Source: an uncultured Thiomicrospira sp. (GTDB lineage Bacteria; Pseudomonadota; Gammaproteobacteria; CAKMZV01). Taken from it: a stretch of 64,000 bases of DNA. The translations under genes and the position numbers were made by a program. The stretch spans positions 512,001-576,000 of the forward strand of contig OZ239628.1 of assembly GCA_965195345.1 (NCBI GenBank), given 5' to 3'. Shown here one piece after another: positions 1-9,624 of the stretch. The stretch's first letter is position 1, and each line of letters begins with the position of its first letter. The notes under the pieces are model-generated. The model ran no database searches, was not told the origin of the DNA, and saw only the letters and a list, made by a program, of their open reading frames with translations.

Positions 1-105
1 AAAGTTTTAAGTGTTGATCGTTTCGAGGTTGGAGAAGGCATAGAGAAGAAATCCAATAGTTTTGCAGAAGAAGTGGCTGCTCAAGTAGCGGCTAGTCAAA
101 ATTAG
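1..105 (+). CDS. tsf: Elongation factor Ts, C-terminal fragment (5' truncated by window)
   Basis: Frame 1 reads KVLSVDRFEVGEGIEKKSNSFAEEVAAQVAASQN*; RFEVGEGIEK..FAEEVAAQ is the EF-Ts C-terminus; directly upstream of pyrH. Confidence 0.93.
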   Translation, partial: KVLSVDRFEVGEGIEKKSNSFAEEVAAQVAASQN

Positions 106-114
106 TTATTAAGA

Positions 115-810
115 ATGGCTTCTTCACAGCGTATTTTGCTTAAATTGAGTGGAGAATCTTTAGGAAAAGATGGAATTGGCATATCTGTAGATAAACTTAA
201 TCTTCTTTCCAAAAGGATAAAAAAACTATTGAAAGAAGGACATCAATTAGCTATTGTATGCGGAGGAGGCAATTGGTTGCGCGGTGAGTTTACTAAAGGA
301 ATCAATCGAAACGTTGCTGATGTGATGGGAATGCATGCGACAGTAATGAACGGATTGGCTCTGGAAGCGGCTTTGATAGAACAAGGGGTTTCAGCTTGCG
401 TGATGTCAAGTTTTGAAACATTGGGTGCGAATGGTTGGAACTATCGAAGTGCTCTTGAATATTTGAAATCTGGAAAAGTTATTATTTTTGCGGGAGGTAC
501 TGGCAATCCTTTTTTCACAACCGATTCAGCAGCAGCTCTACGTGCAGTACAGATCAATGCAACACTCTTGATTAAGGCTACGAATGTTGATGGCATTTAT
601 AATAAAGATCCTAATCGATTTGATGATGCAGTTAAATACGACACATTGAGTTATGATGAGGCGATAGAAAAGAACTTAAAGATTATGGATTTGACAGCGT
701 TTTCGTTGTGTAGAGACCATGTGATGCCTATTTTGGTCGTAAATATAGATGGACAAGATAGTATTGAATCAATTATTGCTAGTGAAAAGGTAGGCACTTT
801 AGTTCGATAA
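115..810 (+). CDS. pyrH: UMP kinase
   Basis: RILLKLSGE, GGGN, GTGNPFFTTDSAAALRA, DGIY..DP motifs; tsf-pyrH-frr synteny. Confidence 0.97.
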   Translation: MASSQRILLKLSGESLGKDGIGISVDKLNLLSKRIKKLLKEGHQLAIVCGGGNWLRGEFTKGINRNVADVMGMHATVMNGLALEAALIEQGVSACVMSSFETLGANGWNYRSALEYLKSGKVIIFAGGTGNPFFTTDSAAALRAVQINATLLIKATNVDGIYNKDPNRFDDAVKYDTLSYDEAIEKNLKIMDLTAFSLCRDHVMPILVVNIDGQDSIESIIASEKVGTLVR

Positions 811-870
811 GCTTGGCGGGTCGTGTTAGATTGTTGTTGAGAGTTTTAAAAAAATAGTGGGAGTTATAGT

Positions 871-1428
871 ATGCTAAAGCAGATAGAAAATGACTTGTGT
901 CAGAAGATGAAAAAAACTGTTGAATCGTTTAGTTCACAATTGCAAAAATTACGAACAGGTCGAGCTCATCCATCTATTTTAGATCATATTACGGTTAGTT
1001 GTTACGGTTCTCAGATGCCTATAAATCAGGTCGCTAATATAAATATTGAAAGCGCACAAGTACTGACTATAACACCCTGGGATAAGAGCATGGTAGGTGA
1101 GATAGAAAAGGCCATATTAGCATCTGATCTTGGACTTAATCCAGCTGGTTCAGGAGACGTTATCCGCCTTCCTTTGCCTCCTTTGTCACAAGAACGTCGT
1201 AAAGAACTTATTAAAGTAGCACGAGAAGATGCTGAAAAAGCGCGTGTTTCAATAAGAGGTATTCGTAGAGATGCAAATCAAGCAATTAAAAATTTGCTTA
1301 AAGAAAAAGAAGTGAGCGAAGACGAGTCAAGAAAAGAAGAGGATGTTATTCAAAAAATCACTAATGATTTTATCAGTCAAATTGATCAAATAGTTGAAGA
1401 AAAGGAAAAATCACTTCTTACCATTTAA
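871..1428 (+). CDS. frr: Ribosome recycling factor
   Basis: LRTGRAHPSILD, DLGLNP, PPLSQERRKEL, R.IRRDAN motifs. Confidence 0.97.
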   Translation: MLKQIENDLCQKMKKTVESFSSQLQKLRTGRAHPSILDHITVSCYGSQMPINQVANINIESAQVLTITPWDKSMVGEIEKAILASDLGLNPAGSGDVIRLPLPPLSQERRKELIKVAREDAEKARVSIRGIRRDANQAIKNLLKEKEVSEDESRKEEDVIQKITNDFISQIDQIVEEKEKSLLTI

Positions 1429-1451
1429 CGCAGTTTCATGTTATTTTAGAT

Positions 1452-2153
1452 ATGTCTGTGGACCAACAATTCTTGCCTCAACATATAGCAATTGTTATGG
1501 ACGGCAACGGCAGGTGGGCTAAAAATAGGCACTTGCCAAGATTTCTAGGTCATCGTAAAGGCGTTGAGGCCGCGAGAAAAGTAGTTAATTTTTGTGGTCT
1601 TTATGGGATTCCATATTTAACTTTATTTGCTTTCAGTACTGAAAATTGGAATCGCCCTGACGAAGAAGTAAGTCAATTGATGACATTGTTTCTTGATGGT
1701 CTGCACAAAGAAACACCCAAACTCCATAAAAAAGGAGTTAAGATTTTATTTGTTGGTGACAGTTCGAGAATTTCCTGCGAATTGCGCAAAAGGATGGATG
1801 ATTCAATGAAACTAACGAAAGGTAATACTAAGATGGTCTTATCCATCTGTGTCGATTATGGTGGTAAGTGGGATATAGTACAAGCTGCAAATGCAGCCTT
1901 TAAAGAATCAAGAAACACTGCAATCACAGAAGATCAGTTGCAAGCTCAGCTATCAACAGGTGAGATTCCTAACCCAGATCTATTTATCCGTACTAGTGGC
2001 GAGCAACGCATTAGTAATTTTCTTTTATGGCAATTGGCTTATTCTGAATTATTTTTCACGCCTACATTATGGCCCGATTTTGACAAAAAAAGTTTAGATG
2101 AAGCATTGGAAATATATGCTCATAGAGAGCGTCGTTTTGGTAGTGTATGCTGA
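1452..2153 (+). CDS. uppS: Undecaprenyl diphosphate synthase
   Basis: HIAIVMDGNGRWA, FAFSTENWNRP, RTSGEQRISNFLLWQ, RERRFG. Confidence 0.97.
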   Translation: MSVDQQFLPQHIAIVMDGNGRWAKNRHLPRFLGHRKGVEAARKVVNFCGLYGIPYLTLFAFSTENWNRPDEEVSQLMTLFLDGLHKETPKLHKKGVKILFVGDSSRISCELRKRMDDSMKLTKGNTKMVLSICVDYGGKWDIVQAANAAFKESRNTAITEDQLQAQLSTGEIPNPDLFIRTSGEQRISNFLLWQLAYSELFFTPTLWPDFDKKSLDEALEIYAHRERRFGSVC

Positions 2154-2935
2154 TGTCTGAAATGTCCAAGCGTATTATATCGGCCGCTTTTCTCGCTCCC
2201 ATCGTATTGTTTTCAGTCGCTTATATGCCAGATAGTATCTTTTTGATTTTTGTTAGTGTTTTTGCGGGAATAATTGGCTACGAATGGCTGGGGATCTATC
2301 ATTTTAAGAAATGGATCTGCATACTTTATGGGCTTTTTTGTTGTTTATTATCAATCACTTTTTCATCTGATTTTGTGGCTCAAATTGTTATATTTTCTGC
2401 AACTCTAATATGGTTGTTGTCAACGTGGTTTGTTTTTACTTTTTCTCCAAGTTCTGTCCCGAAAAGGTTACGTGCCATGTTGAACGGTTTATTATTAGTG
2501 CCTGCGGGAGCAGTTTCAATTTTTTGGTTACGTCTTGATTGGGATTATTGGTTATTGATTGTTGTATTACTACAAGTATGGAGTATTGATGTTATCGGCT
2601 ATGTGATTGGTAAGCATTGGGGGCGTGAGAAGTTAATTCCATCCGTTAGCCCAAATAAAACTTGGGAGGGTTTTTACGCTCAGCTTGTAGTTGGATTGCT
2701 TTTTGGGATTATTTTTTATTATGGTTTTGACATTTTATTGAGTAAAGCTTTAGCGATCGCCGTGTTAACAACGTTGGCGTCAGTATTGGGAGATTTGTAT
2801 GAAAGTACTCTCAAAAGAGAGAACGGAGTAAAAGAGAGCGGTAGTCTTATGGTAGGGCATGGGGGTTTTTTGGATAGAACAGATGGACTTATTGCAGCCG
2901 CACCATTTTGTTGGTCTTTATTAAATATAGTTTGA
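2147..2935 (+). CDS. cdsA: Phosphatidate cytidylyltransferase (alternative start 2153, overlapping uppS stop)
   Basis: Hydrophobic protein with SPNKTWEG, GDLYESTLKR, GHGGFLDRTDG. Confidence 0.95.
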   Translation: MLMSEMSKRIISAAFLAPIVLFSVAYMPDSIFLIFVSVFAGIIGYEWLGIYHFKKWICILYGLFCCLLSITFSSDFVAQIVIFSATLIWLLSTWFVFTFSPSSVPKRLRAMLNGLLLVPAGAVSIFWLRLDWDYWLLIVVLLQVWSIDVIGYVIGKHWGREKLIPSVSPNKTWEGFYAQLVVGLLFGIIFYYGFDILLSKALAIAVLTTLASVLGDLYESTLKRENGVKESGSLMVGHGGFLDRTDGLIAAAPFCWSLLNIV

Positions 2936-2938
2936 TGT

Positions 2939-4288
2939 ATGTTTGAATCAATTATTGGTTTTATTTTAGCAATCCTTATTCTTGTCACAATTCATGAGTG
3001 GGCACATTTTGCGGTGGCTCGGTATTTTGGCATTAAGGTCTTACGTTTCTCGGTGGGATTCGGACCATCATTGATTAAACGTTGCGTAGGTCCCGATAAA
3101 ATGGAGTTTTGCCTGGCATCAATACCTTTAGGTGGTTATGTCAAGATGTTAGATACTCGTGAGGGGCTTGTTTCGCCGGATGAAATTGATCGAGCATTTG
3201 ATAAGAAACCTGTAACGCAACGTATGGCGGTAGTTATTGCTGGACCATTGATCAATATTGTTTTTGCGCTATTCATTTTCGTCGGGTTATCTTTAACTGA
3301 GAGACAGGTCTTGAAACCAATAGTAGGCGAATTGGTTAGTGCACAGTTATCCATATCAAACATGCCTTTGACGGAAGGGGACGAATTACAATTTGTTAAT
3401 AATCGGAAGGTTTTCAGCTGGGGAGATGCACAATTACAACTGTCGGCAGCAGCCTTGGCTGGCGAGGCGTTAGGAATTAAGTTTGAACGTAATGGCGTTC
3501 TTCAAGATGTGATTATTGATGTTGATTGGGCTGGGCAGGAAGCTTCAGATATTAACTGGGTTACATTAGGAATAAAGCCTTTTAGTCCTCCAATTAAGCC
3601 AGTTTTGGGTCAGTTAGTTGATAACGGTCCTGCTCAGAAGTCAGGCTTACTGGTAGGGGATTTTGTCCAAGAAATTGATAATGAAGTAGTTGAAGATTGG
3701 GTTGGCTTGGTTGAAAAAGTGCGCCTGTTGCCAAATAGAACTGTAGAAATTAAAATCAAACGTCAAGGATTAGAACTGCAGTTTCCAGTAACACTGGATG
3801 AACGAGTGGTTAATGGAGAAAGCATTGGTTTTTTAGGGGCAGGAGTTGCGATTAATAATGCCGATTTCGAATTTTGGACGCACAGCGTCCGAAATTCTTT
3901 TATTGAGGCAGTTTTCGAAGGTTTCTATCGTGTTTGGGACTTAACAAGGCTTACTTTAACGGCGATATGGAAAATGTTGACTGGTAATCTTTCTTTAAGT
4001 AACATCAGTGGACCCTTTACTATTGCACAATACGCAGGTGAGACGGTTAATGCTGGATGGTTTAGTTTTCTCAACTTTTTGGCTTTTCTAAGCATAAGTC
4101 TTGGTGTACTTAACTTGCTACCAATACCAATGCTGGATGGAGGCCATATAATGTTATACCTCATTGAATGGTTGCGTAACAAACCACTATCAGAAAAGGT
4201 ACAATTGCGCTTTCAAAAAGTAGGTTTTTTATTACTAAGCTTCCTGATGATTTTGGCATTCACAAACGACATAATTCGGCTTGGTTAG
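2939..4288 (+). CDS. rseP: RIP metalloprotease RseP (M50, two PDZ domains)
   Basis: HEWAH zinc motif, IPLGGYVKM, AGPLIN, NLLPIPMLDGGH. Confidence 0.96.
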   Translation: MFESIIGFILAILILVTIHEWAHFAVARYFGIKVLRFSVGFGPSLIKRCVGPDKMEFCLASIPLGGYVKMLDTREGLVSPDEIDRAFDKKPVTQRMAVVIAGPLINIVFALFIFVGLSLTERQVLKPIVGELVSAQLSISNMPLTEGDELQFVNNRKVFSWGDAQLQLSAAALAGEALGIKFERNGVLQDVIIDVDWAGQEASDINWVTLGIKPFSPPIKPVLGQLVDNGPAQKSGLLVGDFVQEIDNEVVEDWVGLVEKVRLLPNRTVEIKIKRQGLELQFPVTLDERVVNGESIGFLGAGVAINNADFEFWTHSVRNSFIEAVFEGFYRVWDLTRLTLTAIWKMLTGNLSLSNISGPFTIAQYAGETVNAGWFSFLNFLAFLSISLGVLNLLPIPMLDGGHIMLYLIEWLRNKPLSEKVQLRFQKVGFLLLSFLMILAFTNDIIRLG

Positions 4289-4307
4289 ATATTTTTTGCT
4301 TTCGTTT

Positions 4308-4334
4308 CAACTTCGTTTACTAAAGTATTTCTGA
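4308..4334 (+). promoter_or_regulatory. Putative sigma-E (RpoE) promoter for bamA
   Basis: CAACTT-N16-TCTGA, one mismatch to GAACTT-N16-TCTGA; bamA is a sigma-E target in E. coli. Confidence 0.45.
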
Positions 4335-4471
4335 TTGCCATCTTGTTTAGATCGTCGTCAAAAATTGTAAAAAGGTCAAAAAAATGTGATGACAATACAG
4401 TGATGGATTTTTTATCAGGTTTTATAAAGACACTGCTTGATTTTATGGGATCGTTGCGTTTTGGTAATAAA

Positions 4472-6742
4472 ATGCGACTATTCATTGCTGCCATTGCTAT
4501 TTTCCCTGTTTTGACTCACGCTTTTATCATTGAAGATGTGCATTACAAAGGGCTTAAACGCCACAGCACTGAGACAGTAAGCTCTTATTTGCCAGATATT
4601 AAGGGTCAAGAAACGAGTGAAGACTTGTTAAGATCGATTATTGCAAAGCTTTATGCAACAAACTTTTTTGATGACATTCAGTTATTCCAAGATGAGAATG
4701 TCTTGATTGTTGAATTGTTGGAACGTCCAACAATAATAGATATTACATTTGCTGGGAATGAATTAATCGAATCTGAACAACTACTTAGTACATTAAACCT
4801 GCAAGGTGTTGCCAAGAATAGGAGTTTTAATAATTCTCTGTTTGATCTCATTAGGCGTGAGTTACGCTCTAACTATATTAATGCAGGTTATTACGCGGTA
4901 AAAGTCGAAACACGTGTCGAGTTTTTAAGTAGGCAGAGAGTAAATCTTAATATTGAAATAGAGGAAGGTGAGCCAGCACGTATCGAGAAAATTACTATTG
5001 TAGGAAATAAACGTTTTAGCGATCAGGTATTAGCTAATCAATTTCAATTATCAGCATTTGACGAAAAGGATTTATTTGGAACGAGTGATTATCAAAAGTT
5101 TGCATTAGAGGGGGATTTTGAGCGACTACGGAGTTATTATTTGGATCGAGGGTATGCCCGATTTAATCTGCGATCTTCGCAAGTTGAACTATCGCCTGAA
5201 AATACTGCGGTATACGTAACAGTTAATATTGAGGAAGGAGAGCTCTATCACTTCAGTGGATCGTCAATTAGTGGATATGAAAAAGTATTGGATGAGGGAA
5301 CAGTCAATGACTTGAATCAGATCAAATCTGGTGACTTCTTTTCACGGCGTAAAATTTTGAGAACAGTAGATGATATTCGAGTTGCTTTGGGCAACGAAGG
5401 CTATGCTTTTGCGGTAGTGAACCAGAATGTACAAATTGATGATGAAAATAAAAGTACCTTTGTCACTATCAATACTATCCCAGGGGAGCGAGTGTATGTT
5501 CACCGAGTTGATATAGAAGACAATCTTGTTTCAATTGATCCTGTGGTGCGTCGAGAGTTACGGCAGTTTGAAGGTGCTTTGTATGTGCCAAGGTTGGTTG
5601 ATGCTTCACTTCTACGTTTGAATAGGACAAGTTTTTATCAAGATGTGACGATAACACCTCGTAGGATAGGGGTGAACAAAGTGGTTTTAGTAGTTCGGGC
5701 AGAGGACCAATCTACAGGGGCATTTAATGCCCAGATTGGTTTTACTTTGACTGGAGGGATCAGTTATGGTTTTACTTTGACTGAAATGAATTGGTTGGGT
5801 CGAGGCGATAACGTTTCTTTTAATGCTCGGCAAGACCAAGCTGTAACACAGCTTAGCCTAAGCGTTACTGACCCATACTTTACTCCTGAAAACATTAGCT
5901 TTTCACGAGGAGTCAGTTATAGTGAGACTGCTGCCGATCAGTTGAATTTAAGCAGTTTTTTTGCAGATCGCACGCGCGCATTTTTTTCATTCGGAGTGCC
6001 CTTTAATGAATTTCAAAGATTCAATTATGGAGGGGAAGTTGAACAGATTAAAATAGCGTGTGGAACTGGTTTCCTGGAATGTGAGCTTTTTGAAAGCCAA
6101 AATCGAGATGGTGCATTGCAGGTGGCCTTCAACATAGGATGGTCCTACGACAGTCGTAATAGAGGGATTTTTGCTGACTCAGGCTCTTTGCACAATCTAA
6201 ATGCAAAATTATCAATCCCAGGAGCAGATATTGAAACCTATAGGTTGTCACAAACCAGTAATTTTTATTTTAGTTTGGGTGACCCACATTCCTTTTTCGT
6301 GCGTTTAAGGACAGGTATTACTCAAAACTATAACGGTGAAGCCTCTCCGTTTTTTGATCGTTTTTATTCAGGAGGCGTCACAAGTGTTCGAGGATACGAA
6401 ACGAATACTTTGGGCGAACAGTATAATGTTGATATAGATGGTGTAAGCGGGGCTCGAGGTGGTGGATTATTGTTTGAAGGTCGATTCCAATTTTTATTTG
6501 CACCTGGGGTTTCAGATGAGGAGCAAAGCGTGAGTGTACGGATAGGTCCATTTTTAGATTATGGAACGGTATTCGATAATTTCAGAGAGAGTAGCGTAGA
6601 AAGTATACGCGGTTCTTATGGAGTTGCTTTGTTTTGGATATCCCCTCTTGGACCTTTGACTTTTAGCGTGGCTGGTACTTTTAATGAGCAAGAAACTGAT
6701 TCGCGGCAGTCATTTCAATTTGGATTGGGACAAAATTTTTGA
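4472..6742 (+). CDS. bamA: Outer membrane protein assembly factor BamA (likely start ATG 4472, not 4343)
   Basis: Signal peptide MRLFIAAIAIFPVLTHA, POTRA repeats, VRGY lid-loop motif, SPLGPL, C-terminal FQFGLGQNF. Confidence 0.96.
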   Translation: MRLFIAAIAIFPVLTHAFIIEDVHYKGLKRHSTETVSSYLPDIKGQETSEDLLRSIIAKLYATNFFDDIQLFQDENVLIVELLERPTIIDITFAGNELIESEQLLSTLNLQGVAKNRSFNNSLFDLIRRELRSNYINAGYYAVKVETRVEFLSRQRVNLNIEIEEGEPARIEKITIVGNKRFSDQVLANQFQLSAFDEKDLFGTSDYQKFALEGDFERLRSYYLDRGYARFNLRSSQVELSPENTAVYVTVNIEEGELYHFSGSSISGYEKVLDEGTVNDLNQIKSGDFFSRRKILRTVDDIRVALGNEGYAFAVVNQNVQIDDENKSTFVTINTIPGERVYVHRVDIEDNLVSIDPVVRRELRQFEGALYVPRLVDASLLRLNRTSFYQDVTITPRRIGVNKVVLVVRAEDQSTGAFNAQIGFTLTGGISYGFTLTEMNWLGRGDNVSFNARQDQAVTQLSLSVTDPYFTPENISFSRGVSYSETAADQLNLSSFFADRTRAFFSFGVPFNEFQRFNYGGEVEQIKIACGTGFLECELFESQNRDGALQVAFNIGWSYDSRNRGIFADSGSLHNLNAKLSIPGADIETYRLSQTSNFYFSLGDPHSFFVRLRTGITQNYNGEASPFFDRFYSGGVTSVRGYETNTLGEQYNVDIDGVSGARGGGLLFEGRFQFLFAPGVSDEEQSVSVRIGPFLDYGTVFDNFRESSVESIRGSYGVALFWISPLGPLTFSVAGTFNEQETDSRQSFQFGLGQNF

Positions 6743-6763
6743 CACTTACTTAATGAGGAAACT

Positions 6764-7267
6764 ATGAAACTAATTACACAACTATTAATAGCAGCAATAC
6801 TTGTTATCGGTACTCCAGCAATGGCTTTGGAAATTGGATTGGTAGATGTACAAGTATTATTAAAAAACTCTTCGGAACGCATAGAGGCTGAAAGAAGAAT
6901 AGAAAAAGAATTTAAACCAAGGCAAGATGCTTTGAATAAAAAACAAGATGAAATTAAAGCAATGGTACAGGAACTCAACAAGCAGAGATTAACTTTGAAA
7001 GCGCAAGAAATTAACAAAAGAGAAGATGAGATAAAAATTCTACAAGTGAAATTGCAAGAAGATGCGCGTAAAGCTCAGCAGGAATTCAATAGGAGGCAGA
7101 GTGTTGAGAATGAAAGTATTCGTCTTATAATAGGAAAAGCCATTGATAAAGTGGCGTATGAATCGAAGTTAGATTTCGTTTTTTATAAAGACGCAGTAGC
7201 TTGGGAAAGAATTGATAATGATATTACCAGTAAGGTTCTCCAGTTGATGAAGGAAGAGAATAATTGA
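6764..7267 (+). CDS. skp: Skp/OmpH periplasmic chaperone
   Basis: Signal peptide, IGLVD, long coiled coil, DITSKVL C-terminus; between bamA and lpxD. Confidence 0.9.
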   Translation: MKLITQLLIAAILVIGTPAMALEIGLVDVQVLLKNSSERIEAERRIEKEFKPRQDALNKKQDEIKAMVQELNKQRLTLKAQEINKREDEIKILQVKLQEDARKAQQEFNRRQSVENESIRLIIGKAIDKVAYESKLDFVFYKDAVAWERIDNDITSKVLQLMKEENN

Positions 7268-8280
7268 TGCAATTGTCTGATTTAGTTGAATATCTCGGTG
7301 GATATATAACACACCATCAGGAGCTAAATGTTTTTGGTATTGCTTCATTGGCTTCAGCTAAGTCAGATCAAATATCTTTTTTATCAAAGGATTCATTCAA
7401 AAAAAACGCTTTAGACAGTGAGGCTGGAGCAGTTATTTGTAAAGAAGAGTTGCCAGGGAAAGTATGTATTGTAGTAGATGATCCTTACTTGGCTTATGCT
7501 CGCGCTGCACAGTTTTTTCATCCAAGAGAGATAGTGTCAGGAAAGCACATACATCAAGCTGCAGTTATTGAAGATGGTGTTGAACTTCCTTTAAATATAA
7601 AAGTGGGTAGTGGCAGTATTCTTAAAAAAGGGTGCAAAATAGAAGATGGTGTTTGCATAGGGTCTAATACGATAATAGAAGGTGGCGTACACCTTGGACA
7701 ACATACACATTTAGATCACAATGTTGTTGTATACAAAGATTGTATTCTGGGAGAGTACTGCTGTATTGGGTCTGGCAGCGTTATAGGTGGGCAAGGCTTT
7801 GGGCATGCATCAAATAATAGTCGATGGGAAAAAATTCCTCAAATTGGCAGGGTAGTGATCGGTGATAGAGTCGATATTGGCTACAATGTCTGCATTGATA
7901 GAGGGGCATTGGATGATACAAAAATAGAAAATGATGTAATTCTTGATAACCTTATACATATCGCGCACAATTGTTTTATAGGAGAAGGTACAGCTGTTGC
8001 AGGACAAAATGGGTTTGCTGGCGGAGTTATTGTTGGAAAACGTTGTAAGTTTGGTGGGCAATGTGGCTTTAATTCGAATATAGTTATTGCAGATGACGTT
8101 ACTATTTTGGGAAAGAGTCTTGTTCCAAAGTCAATAAAAAAAGCAGGGATTTATGCTGGAGATCCCGTAATGAACGTGAGAGAATGGAAAAAAAATACGG
8201 TCTTGAAAAGAAATCTCAATGCAATCTATGAGAGAGTTGTTGAGGTTGAGAAAAAAATAGAAAGTAAATCAAGGATATGA
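7267..8280 (+). CDS. lpxD: UDP-3-O-(3-hydroxyacyl)glucosamine N-acyltransferase
   Basis: Hexapeptide repeats, GFG, KIPQIGRV, IDRGALDDT, DNLIHIAHN; ATG overlaps skp TGA. Confidence 0.96.
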   Translation: MQLSDLVEYLGGYITHHQELNVFGIASLASAKSDQISFLSKDSFKKNALDSEAGAVICKEELPGKVCIVVDDPYLAYARAAQFFHPREIVSGKHIHQAAVIEDGVELPLNIKVGSGSILKKGCKIEDGVCIGSNTIIEGGVHLGQHTHLDHNVVVYKDCILGEYCCIGSGSVIGGQGFGHASNNSRWEKIPQIGRVVIGDRVDIGYNVCIDRGALDDTKIENDVILDNLIHIAHNCFIGEGTAVAGQNGFAGGVIVGKRCKFGGQCGFNSNIVIADDVTILGKSLVPKSIKKAGIYAGDPVMNVREWKKNTVLKRNLNAIYERVVEVEKKIESKSRI

Positions 8281-8724
8281 ATGCGAACAATTAATTATCA
8301 AGAAATAACGGAAATTTTGCCCCATCGCTATCCGATGCTATTGATTGACCGTGTGATTGATTATGAACCAAATGTATTTCTTCAAGCCATAAAGAATGTA
8401 ACGAATAACGAACCTCAGTTTATAGGGCATTTCCCCGATATGGCGGTTATGCCAGGTGTATTAATTTTGGAAGCAATGGCTCAGGCAACGGGTGTTTTTG
8501 CTCACGTATGTCATAGTCAGCTTCGAGAGAACCCTAAGAAAAAATACTATCTTGCTGCGGTTGATAAATGCCGTTTTAGATCATTGGTTGTCCCAGGAGA
8601 CACACTTGTGTTTGATGTGGTTAATAAGGGTAATCCCAAACGTGGGATATGGAAATTCATTGTTAAGGCAAGTGTTGATGAAAAAGAAGTGGCATCAGCC
8701 GAAATAATGTGTGCAGCTCGATAG
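8281..8724 (+). CDS. fabZ: 3-hydroxyacyl-ACP dehydratase
   Basis: LPHRYPMLLIDRV, GHFP..VMPGVLILEAMAQ. Confidence 0.97.
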   Translation: MRTINYQEITEILPHRYPMLLIDRVIDYEPNVFLQAIKNVTNNEPQFIGHFPDMAVMPGVLILEAMAQATGVFAHVCHSQLRENPKKKYYLAAVDKCRFRSLVVPGDTLVFDVVNKGNPKRGIWKFIVKASVDEKEVASAEIMCAAR

Positions 8725-8744
8725 AAGACAAAAGGTAAGTTCCG

Positions 8745-9527
8745 TTGAGTATTCATCCATCAGCTATTATCAGTACAAGCGCAGTTGTTGCTGCAGATGT
8801 GCAAATTGGTGCATATGCAGTTGTTGGTGATAATGTAACTCTTGGCGAAGGATGCGTATTAGAGCATCATGCGGTAATTAAAGCGAATTGTCGCATTGGA
8901 AAAAATAATCATTTTTTTCAATTTACCTCCATTGGTGAACAGTCACAAGATCTCAAATATAAAGGAGAAGAAACGTGGCTGGAAATAGGTGATGATAATG
9001 TTTTTCGAGAATTTTGTACAGTCAATCGCGGGACGGGCCATGATCGATCTCTGACAACGATCGGATCAAATAATTCTTTTTTGTCGTATACGCACATTGC
9101 CCATGATTGCATATTAGGAAATAATATAGTTATGTCCAATAATGCAACATTGGCAGGTCATGTTTATATTGGTGATCATGTGGTTTTTGGTGGTTTCTCT
9201 TCAGTGCATCAGTTTTGTAATATTGGAAACTACGCTATGATTGGCGCATACAGCTGGTGTACCCAAGACGTCCCTGCATTTGTGTTAGTTGCTAAGAATG
9301 GCGAGACGCATCCTGTAAGTATCAATACGGTTGGAATGAATCGGAAGAATTTTAGTGATAAAGAGATTGCAACTATACGAGAATGCTTCAAATTAGTATA
9401 CAGGAAAAAACTTCGTTTGGAAGAGGCGCTTGCTAAGATTGAAGCGATAATTACGCCAGAAACAGAAAAAAGCATTCGCATTTTTACTTCTTCAATAAAT
9501 CGATCGAAACGAGGACTTTTAAGATAA
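8745..9527 (+). CDS. lpxA: UDP-N-acetylglucosamine acyltransferase
   Basis: IHPSA, QDLKYKGE, HIAHDC, LAGHV, VHQFC; TTG start. Confidence 0.97.
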   Translation: MSIHPSAIISTSAVVAADVQIGAYAVVGDNVTLGEGCVLEHHAVIKANCRIGKNNHFFQFTSIGEQSQDLKYKGEETWLEIGDDNVFREFCTVNRGTGHDRSLTTIGSNNSFLSYTHIAHDCILGNNIVMSNNATLAGHVYIGDHVVFGGFSSVHQFCNIGNYAMIGAYSWCTQDVPAFVLVAKNGETHPVSINTVGMNRKNFSDKEIATIRECFKLVYRKKLRLEEALAKIEAIITPETEKSIRIFTSSINRSKRGLLR

Positions 9528-9624
9528 TTTGATTTTTTGATTGCCTTTTCGATTGAGTGCAACTAAAAGAATATCAGAAATTGTTATGTGTTTATATTCG
9601 ATTTTATCTAATTAGTGAGTATTA

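Noticed and set aside
4343-4471. 43-aa N-terminal extension of BamA in the ORF track
   Set aside because: The signal peptide begins at Met 4472; the upstream in-frame stretch is probably untranslated leader.
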